From an uncultured Chloroflexia bacterium (GTDB lineage Bacteria; Chloroflexota; Limnocylindria; Limnocylindrales; CSP1-4), in the NCBI GenBank assembly GCA_963720755.1, contig CAVRGP010000006.1, positions 64,001-128,000 of the forward strand: a DNA stretch of 64,000 bases. The letters are read 5' to 3'. Shown piece after piece: positions 58,224 through 64,000 of the stretch (positions are counted from its first letter, which is position 1; each line of letters starts with the position of its first letter). The notes below the pieces were generated by a model. It was not told where the DNA came from. It searched no databases and saw only the letters and a list, made by a program, of their open reading frames with translations. Both the position numbers and the translations under genes were made by a program.

Positions 58224-58922
58224 ATGGCACAGGACGAGCGCGTCTCGCGCGACGACCCGCATCAGGTCATCGAGACTCTCCGACCCCAGGAGTTCGGCAC
58301 CGGTTCACCGGCCAACGTCATCGATCCGATCATCGAACCGCTGTGGATGGGCGTCCGGGCACTGGCCGCCGTCAGCGGCGACGGCGCTCGACTGATCGAC
58401 GACGAAGCCGGCCCGGTCGAAGGGATGGCGGCCATCGTCGATGCCCTGGTCGACGGCCTGCGGGCGACCGGCCTGGTGGTCGATGGCGTCGTGACGAAGC
58501 AGGCGATCGGGCACGAGGTCGCCGTCTACGAGTGGTCGTCAGAGACGCCGTCGCTGGGCTCGCTCATCGGGCTGCGACGGAACCGGGCGAACGATACCGC
58601 CGCGCTCCGCGAGGAGGCGCTTGAGGCGATCACGTTCGAACCGGACGATCCGATCGCGTTCGTGGCCACGGACCTCCTGTGGCTCGACGGCACACCTCTG
58701 CTTGACATCCCGCTCCTCGAACGCCGCCGCCTGCTCGAGTCCGTGCTGGTCGAGTCGGACTCGGTCCGTCACGGGATCCACGTCCGTCCCCCACTCGGAT
58801 CCTGGATCGGGTCATGGCGCGCACAGGGCTTCAGCGGCCTCACCTACAAGGCCGCCAACAGCCGCTACCGGCCCGGTGAAGTGAACCCGGACTGGGCCGT
58901 GGGAGGGATGCCGCGCCGCTGA
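58224..58922 (+). CDS. ATP-dependent DNA ligase adenylation-domain-like protein, degenerate
   Basis: EPLWMGVRA (KxDG lost), VVDG, TDLLWLDG..L...PL.ERR.LL and GL..K...S.Y.PG...W. Confidence 0.75.
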   Translation: MAQDERVSRDDPHQVIETLRPQEFGTGSPANVIDPIIEPLWMGVRALAAVSGDGARLIDDEAGPVEGMAAIVDALVDGLRATGLVVDGVVTKQAIGHEVAVYEWSSETPSLGSLIGLRRNRANDTAALREEALEAITFEPDDPIAFVATDLLWLDGTPLLDIPLLERRRLLESVLVESDSVRHGIHVRPPLGSWIGSWRAQGFSGLTYKAANSRYRPGEVNPDWAVGGMPRR

Positions 58923-58940
58923 GGGTGGTAGGGTTCTGGG

Positions 58941-60308
58941 GTGCCAGAGACAACCCTGACACCGGCCATCCGCGATGAGATCTCGCGACTCGGTCGGGCC
59001 GACATCATGGTCGGCATCCCCAGCTTCAAGAACGCTGCGACGATCGGATACGTCGTCCGCGCGGCCCAGGCTGGACTCGTCCAGTACTTCCCCGACCTGC
59101 ACCCGATCGTGGTCAATTCGGACGCTGGCTCACCTGATGGGACGGGTCGCGTCGTGGTCGAGACGGAGCCGCCGGACTACGTGGAGCAGATCCTGCTCGT
59201 CCGGCCGACCAACCGGCTCGAGCGGGTCAGCCTGACCTACCCGGAGATCGACGGCGTCGGTGGCAAGGGCGCCGCCCTGCGCACGATCTTCGAGATGGCC
59301 GACGCCCTCCAGGTCCAGGCCCTCGTCGTGGTCGACAGTGACCTGCGCAGCATCGTCCCGGAGTGGATCGAGCTGCTGGCCGGACCGATCCTGAAGGGCG
59401 GCTACGACTTCGTCGCGCCGCTCTACGCACGGTACAAGTTCGACGGCACGATCACCAACACCGTCACCTACCCGCTGACTCGAGCGCTCTACGGGCACCG
59501 GATCCGACAGCCGATCGGCGGCGACTTCGGCGTCTCGGGCGATCTCGTCAAGCACTATCTCGAACTCGACGACTGGACGCCCGAGATCAGCAAGTTCGGC
59601 GTCGACATCTGGATGACGACGTCGGCGATCACCGCCGGTTACGCCGTGTGCCAGACGCGACTCGGGGCCAAGATCCACGACCCGAAGGATCCCGGGTCGG
59701 ACCTCGGGCCGATGTTCCGACAGGTCGTCGGGACGATCCTCGAGCTGGCGAATCGCTACCCCGAGCATTGGCTGTCCATCCACGGCAGCCACGACGTCCC
59801 GGCCTACGGCTTCGAACGGATCATCGAGCCGCCGCCGCTGGAGGTGAACACGCTTCGACTCCTGTCGGAATTCCACGCGGGCTCGCTCACGCTGGCTGAG
59901 ACGTGGGCGCACATGCTCGCACCGGCAACGCTGGAGACCGTGCTGGAACTGGCGGCCGAAGCCGGTCGGCTGGGTGACACCGCGGTGAACCGTCTCGGTC
60001 TGGGCGGGGACGTCGCATCGACGACTGCGACGACCCTCGAGATGGCCGACGCCGTCTCCACGTTCCACTTCCCGGACGACCTGTGGGCCCGGGTCGTGTA
60101 CGACCTGATCATCGCCGCCCGCGATCCGCGACCGTCGCTCGAGGCGATCGTCGCCGCCCTCGTGCCGATCTACTTCGGCCGCGTCGGCAGCTTCGTCATC
60201 GAGAACCGCAACGTCACGACAGACCAGGCCGAAGAGCGGGTCGAGCGCCAGGCCCGTGAGTTCGAACTGCTCAAGCCGTACCTGGTCGAGCGCTGGAACG
60301 CGTCCTGA
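58941..60308 (+). CDS. GT-A glycosyltransferase, glucosyl/mannosylglycerate synthase-like
   Basis: GIPSF.N..TI, D.GS.DGT, GKG, DSDL, RQPIGGDFG and FGVDIWMT. Confidence 0.85.
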   Translation: MPETTLTPAIRDEISRLGRADIMVGIPSFKNAATIGYVVRAAQAGLVQYFPDLHPIVVNSDAGSPDGTGRVVVETEPPDYVEQILLVRPTNRLERVSLTYPEIDGVGGKGAALRTIFEMADALQVQALVVVDSDLRSIVPEWIELLAGPILKGGYDFVAPLYARYKFDGTITNTVTYPLTRALYGHRIRQPIGGDFGVSGDLVKHYLELDDWTPEISKFGVDIWMTTSAITAGYAVCQTRLGAKIHDPKDPGSDLGPMFRQVVGTILELANRYPEHWLSIHGSHDVPAYGFERIIEPPPLEVNTLRLLSEFHAGSLTLAETWAHMLAPATLETVLELAAEAGRLGDTAVNRLGLGGDVASTTATTLEMADAVSTFHFPDDLWARVVYDLIIAARDPRPSLEAIVAALVPIYFGRVGSFVIENRNVTTDQAEERVERQAREFELLKPYLVERWNAS

Positions 60309-62290
60309 TGGCCCCCAAGACACCGCTGCCGACGAGGGTCCTGATCCCGGTCGCCAACCCGATGACCGCCGAGGAACTCGTTCGCCTCGGGGTCGCCATG
60401 CTCGACGAACGGTCGGGCGAACTGTCGGCGCTCGGGATCGTGGAAGTCCCGGAGGGGATGCCGCTGTCCGAGGGGGCGACCCGCGCCCGCCATGCCCGCC
60501 GATTGCTCCAGCGGGTCCTGGACTTCGCCCCGGACGGCGCAACCATCCACCCGATCGTCCGGATCGGCCGGCATGCCGCGGAGGGCATCATCGAGGCGGC
60601 CGCCGAGCAGGAGGCGGAGCTCATCATCTTCGGTTGGGGAGGTCGCGCGGCCGGCGGCCGGGCGGGCAGCGGTCCGACCATCTTCTCGTCGACGATCGAT
60701 GAAGTCGTCCGAGACGCGCCCTGCGACATCGCGGTCGTCAAACAGCGCGGTTACAAGCCGATCCGGCGCGTCCTCGTGCCCGTCCGCGGCGGACCTCACG
60801 CGGAACTCGCGCTCCATTTCGCCGACGCGATCGCCCGCCACCACGGTGCGAAGGTCGTCGTCCTCCATCTCGTCCCGCCCGGCATCACCCTGGCGGTCCG
60901 CGCTCAGGCGGAACGGGCGCTCGCGTCGTTCGTCAAGCAGCACATCAGCGGTGAGAGTGAGGCACTCCTCCATGAGGCGCCGAACGTCCGCAACGCCATC
61001 CTCAAGGAAGCGGAGAGCGCGGACCTCGTGGTCATGGGCGCCTCGGCCCCGACCGGCAACGCCGACGGCGAGAGCTACCTGTTCGGTGCCCTGCCCGAAG
61101 CGATCGCGGCACGGGCCAAGCCGAGCGTCATGGTCGTCAAGACGCGCGAGGCGGTCGAGCGGGCGACCTTCGAGCAACTGGCCGCACGGGCCGAGACCCT
61201 GGCCGCCGCCGATCGAGCCGCCGAGGAAGCTCGGGCCGTCCCGATCCGGGTGGAACGCTGGTTCGGGGAGTCGAATTTCCACCACTCGGAGTTCGCCGAC
61301 CTGCGCCGCCTGGCCACCCTGAAGGAGAAGCAGAACCTGACCGTCAGCCTCGTCCTGCCGACCCTCAACGAAGAGGAGACGATCGGGCCGATCGTGCGCC
61401 GGGCGCTCCGCGAGATGGTCGGTCGCGTGCCGCTCCTCGACGAGGTCCTCGTCATCGACTCGGCGTCGACCGATCGGACCCGGGAGATCGCCGAGGCCGA
61501 GGGTGCCCGGGTCGTGCAGCACCCGGACGTCCTGCCCCGCTACGGGTCGTTCGCCGGGAAGGGTGAGGCCCTCTGGAAGTCCCTCTTCGAGACGAGCGGC
61601 GACATCATCGTCTGGGCCGACACGGACGTGAAGCACTGGCATCCCCGGATGGTCTACGGCACCCTGGGCCCGCTGCTCCACGAACCCCGCCTCCAGTACG
61701 TCAAGGGCTACTACCAGCGGCCGATCGTCGAGGGCGGTGTCCTCAAGGAGGGCGGTGGCGGCCGGGTCACGGAACTGGTCGCGCGGCCGCTGATCAACCT
61801 GTTCTTCCCGGAACTGTCGGGCATGATCCAGCCGCTGGCGGGCGAATATGCGGGGCGGCGGACCCTGCTCGAGTCGATCCCGTTCTTCACCGGCTATGCG
61901 GTGGAGATCGGGCATCTCATCGACACCACCGAACGGGTCGGGATCGAGGGACTCGGCCAGGTCGACCTGGAGCGCCGGATCCATCGCAACCAGGAGCTCG
62001 AGGGTCTGTCGCGGATGTCGTTCGTCATCCTCCAGGCGGTGATGAAGCGGCTCGAAGAGCGACGCAAGGCCCGGTTGTTCGCCGAGCTTGGCTCGACCAT
62101 GAAGCTGCCGCGATCGGGCAAGGGCCGGCTCTCGCTCGAAGTCATCGAATTGGCCGACCAGGAACGTCCGCCGATGAACCGGATCCCCGAGTACCTCGAG
62201 CGACGGCGGCCGGCGGACGGGTCGGCCGATGACGCGACACCCGCGACCGACCGACCCAAGCCCCGTCGGCGACGCACGCCCGCGTCGTGA
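60308..62290 (+). CDS. gpgS: USP-USP-glucosyl-3-phosphoglycerate synthase fusion
   Basis: Two USP domains (RVL.PV, APCDIAVVK, DLVVMGA), then LPTLNEEET, GKGEALW, GGRVTELVARP, QPLAGEYAGRR and R.HRNQ.L..L..M. Confidence 0.9.
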   Translation: MAPKTPLPTRVLIPVANPMTAEELVRLGVAMLDERSGELSALGIVEVPEGMPLSEGATRARHARRLLQRVLDFAPDGATIHPIVRIGRHAAEGIIEAAAEQEAELIIFGWGGRAAGGRAGSGPTIFSSTIDEVVRDAPCDIAVVKQRGYKPIRRVLVPVRGGPHAELALHFADAIARHHGAKVVVLHLVPPGITLAVRAQAERALASFVKQHISGESEALLHEAPNVRNAILKEAESADLVVMGASAPTGNADGESYLFGALPEAIAARAKPSVMVVKTREAVERATFEQLAARAETLAAADRAAEEARAVPIRVERWFGESNFHHSEFADLRRLATLKEKQNLTVSLVLPTLNEEETIGPIVRRALREMVGRVPLLDEVLVIDSASTDRTREIAEAEGARVVQHPDVLPRYGSFAGKGEALWKSLFETSGDIIVWADTDVKHWHPRMVYGTLGPLLHEPRLQYVKGYYQRPIVEGGVLKEGGGGRVTELVARPLINLFFPELSGMIQPLAGEYAGRRTLLESIPFFTGYAVEIGHLIDTTERVGIEGLGQVDLERRIHRNQELEGLSRMSFVILQAVMKRLEERRKARLFAELGSTMKLPRSGKGRLSLEVIELADQERPPMNRIPEYLERRRPADGSADDATPATDRPKPRRRRTPAS

Positions 62291-63450
62291 CCGGCCGACC
62301 GGCCACGGTCCTCATCGCGCCCGACTCGTTCAAGGGCTCGCTGACCTCGGTCGATGTCGCCCAGGCGCTCGCCGACGGCTGGCGCCGGGCCCGGCCCGAG
62401 GACACGATCCTGCTCTGCCCGCTCGCGGATGGAGGCGAAGGCACCCTCGAATCGGTCGCCGGGGCGGGCGGCTGGGATTGGCAGGAGATGATCGTTGCCG
62501 ATCCCCTGCACCGACCGGTCCGGGCCCGCTGGCTGCGGTCGTCCGATGGCACGCGGGCCGTCATCGAGATGGCCGAATCCTCGGGCCTGTCGCGTGTGGC
62601 TCCACCCGATCGCGATGCCGTCCACGCGACATCGACCGGACTCGGCGAGCTGCTGGCCGCGGTCGCGGCTTCCGGGGTCGGCGAGGTCATCCTCGGGATC
62701 GGCGGGAGCGCCACCACGGACGGCGGACTCGGGATGCTCGTCGCGCTCGGGCTGGACTACACCCCACGGACAGAGGCGAGCAGACCGCCCCGGGGGATCC
62801 CGGCCGATCTCGCCGGCGTCGACCCGACCGGGCTGGCCCCGGCGCTGGCTCACGTCCGGCTGTCCGTCGCCTGCGACGTGACCAACCCGCTCCTCGGTCC
62901 GGACGGCGCGGCCGCTGTCTACGGCCCACAAAAGGGAGCGACGCCGGACCAGGTCGTCGATCTCGATGGCCGGATCGGCCACCTGGGCGACTTGCTGGAT
63001 CGAGCCCTCGACTGGCCTGTGTCGCTGCGTGACCAACCGGGGGCCGGTGCGGCGGGCGGCGTCGGATTCGCGCTGATGGCGATCCAGCGCTCGTTCGCGG
63101 CATTCGCGCTCCGTCCGGGTGTCGATCTCGTGATGCACGCGACCGATTTTGACGCGCGACTCGCCCGCGCCGACCTGGTCATCACCGGCGAAGGGCGGAT
63201 CGATGCCCAGACCGCCTTCGGCAAGACGGCGCTCGGCGTGGCCAGGCGATCGCGGACGGCCGGCGTTCCGTGTGTCGCCGTCGGCGGCGGCGTGGAACCC
63301 GAAGGGGTCGAAGCGCTGGCCGCGGTCGGGGCGATCGCGGTGCCGGTCATCGAGGGCCCGAGGTCGGTCGAGGCGGCGATGGCGGCCGGGCGGGCGCCCC
63401 TGGAACGGACCGGCGAACGGCTGGCCCGGCTCATCGCGCTCCAGGTCTGA
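62287..63450 (+). CDS. glxK: glycerate kinase (GlxK/GarK class)
   Basis: IAPDSFKGSL, ADGGEGT, GGSATTDGG, YGPQKGA, GAAGG and TGEG..D.QT..GK. Confidence 0.93.
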   Translation: MTGRPATVLIAPDSFKGSLTSVDVAQALADGWRRARPEDTILLCPLADGGEGTLESVAGAGGWDWQEMIVADPLHRPVRARWLRSSDGTRAVIEMAESSGLSRVAPPDRDAVHATSTGLGELLAAVAASGVGEVILGIGGSATTDGGLGMLVALGLDYTPRTEASRPPRGIPADLAGVDPTGLAPALAHVRLSVACDVTNPLLGPDGAAAVYGPQKGATPDQVVDLDGRIGHLGDLLDRALDWPVSLRDQPGAGAAGGVGFALMAIQRSFAAFALRPGVDLVMHATDFDARLARADLVITGEGRIDAQTAFGKTALGVARRSRTAGVPCVAVGGGVEPEGVEALAAVGAIAVPVIEGPRSVEAAMAAGRAPLERTGERLARLIALQV

Positions 63451-63646
63451 CCGAGGCGAATCGCGGCCGGACCCGACGGGACGGCGTCAAGACGGCCAAA
63501 CGTCCCGGTCACGAACTTCCGGCGCTCGCGGGCACCGGGCTTCCGTGCGCGGTCCCGTGGGCGCCGGGACCAATGTCTCATTGTCGCCCCGTGACGTGAC
63601 CGGCAGGATTTCGCAATCTCCCGCAATCATCCAGGGAAGTGAGATC

Positions 63647-64000
63647 GTGCCGAGCCTTCGTACACCCGGAACTCAGACCCGGCGATCCCGCCGTCGACCG
63701 CGCTCGCGTGGCCAGGCGCTCGTCGAATTCGCCCTGATCCTGCCGGTCTTCCTCCTGATCCTGTCAGGCGTGCTCGACTTCGGGTTCATGCTCTACTCGC
63801 GGATGACCGTCATCAATGCGAGCCGCGAGGGCGCCCGGCTGGCCGTGACCGCGGCCGACCCGACGACCATCCCGAGCATCGTCAAGGGCCAGGTCCTGGC
63901 GGTCTCCGGCGGTCTGGTCAAGTCCGACGTGGCGATCGCCACGTCGTGCGTCGCGATCGTCTCACCGTCCTGCAGCTGGAACACCAAGACGTCCTCGCAG
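63647..64000 (+). CDS. tadE: TadE/TadG-like pseudopilin (3' partial)
   Basis: RGQALVEFALILPVFLLIL.G..DFG......NASREGAR, read manually. Confidence 0.88.
   Translation, partial: MPSLRTPGTQTRRSRRRPRSRGQALVEFALILPVFLLILSGVLDFGFMLYSRMTVINASREGARLAVTAADPTTIPSIVKGQVLAVSGGLVKSDVAIATSCVAIVSPSCSWNTKTSSQ

Noticed and set aside
3150-61984. Many long antisense ORFs (e.g. 3150-5000, 20627-22813, 36064-38082, 60170-61984)
   Set aside because: Shadow ORFs expected at high GC opposite well-supported genes; they carry no motifs.

Overview
A high-GC (about 70% by eye) bacterial chromosome segment, densely coding, with about 60 CDS. I saw no rRNA, tRNA, CRISPR array or transposase. Gene content suggests Chloroflexota, possibly Limnocylindria-like (inference only). 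Housekeeping blocks: UPF0182, guaB3...guaA, darA/tmk, a Ni/Co transporter, tldD-pmbA, moxR-DUF58-vWA, pdxST, leucine catabolism (liuBCDE-like), a CCA-adding enzyme, galE, glucosylglycerate-type genes and a partial tadE. The standout region is 20.5-31.6 kb. There an AfsR-like regulator is divergent from four tandem multi-TM paralogs with variable N-termini, three of which share a near-identical ~392-bp 3' block. All four end in what looks like only the first third of a GAF domain. The next gene, a GAF'-PP2C-HATPase, begins with the complementary remainder of a GAF domain and is followed by two STAS proteins. I propose a candidate split-GAF, interchangeable-receptor partner-switching system; a shared 20-bp motif precedes both of its transcription units. 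Other oddities are an HTH-fused biotin carboxylase, a DNA-ligase-like protein lacking the catalytic lysine, a USP-USP-GpgS fusion and widespread leaderless gene starts. Three apparent frameshifts may be sequencing errors. All calls come from reading motifs by eye; no searches were run.
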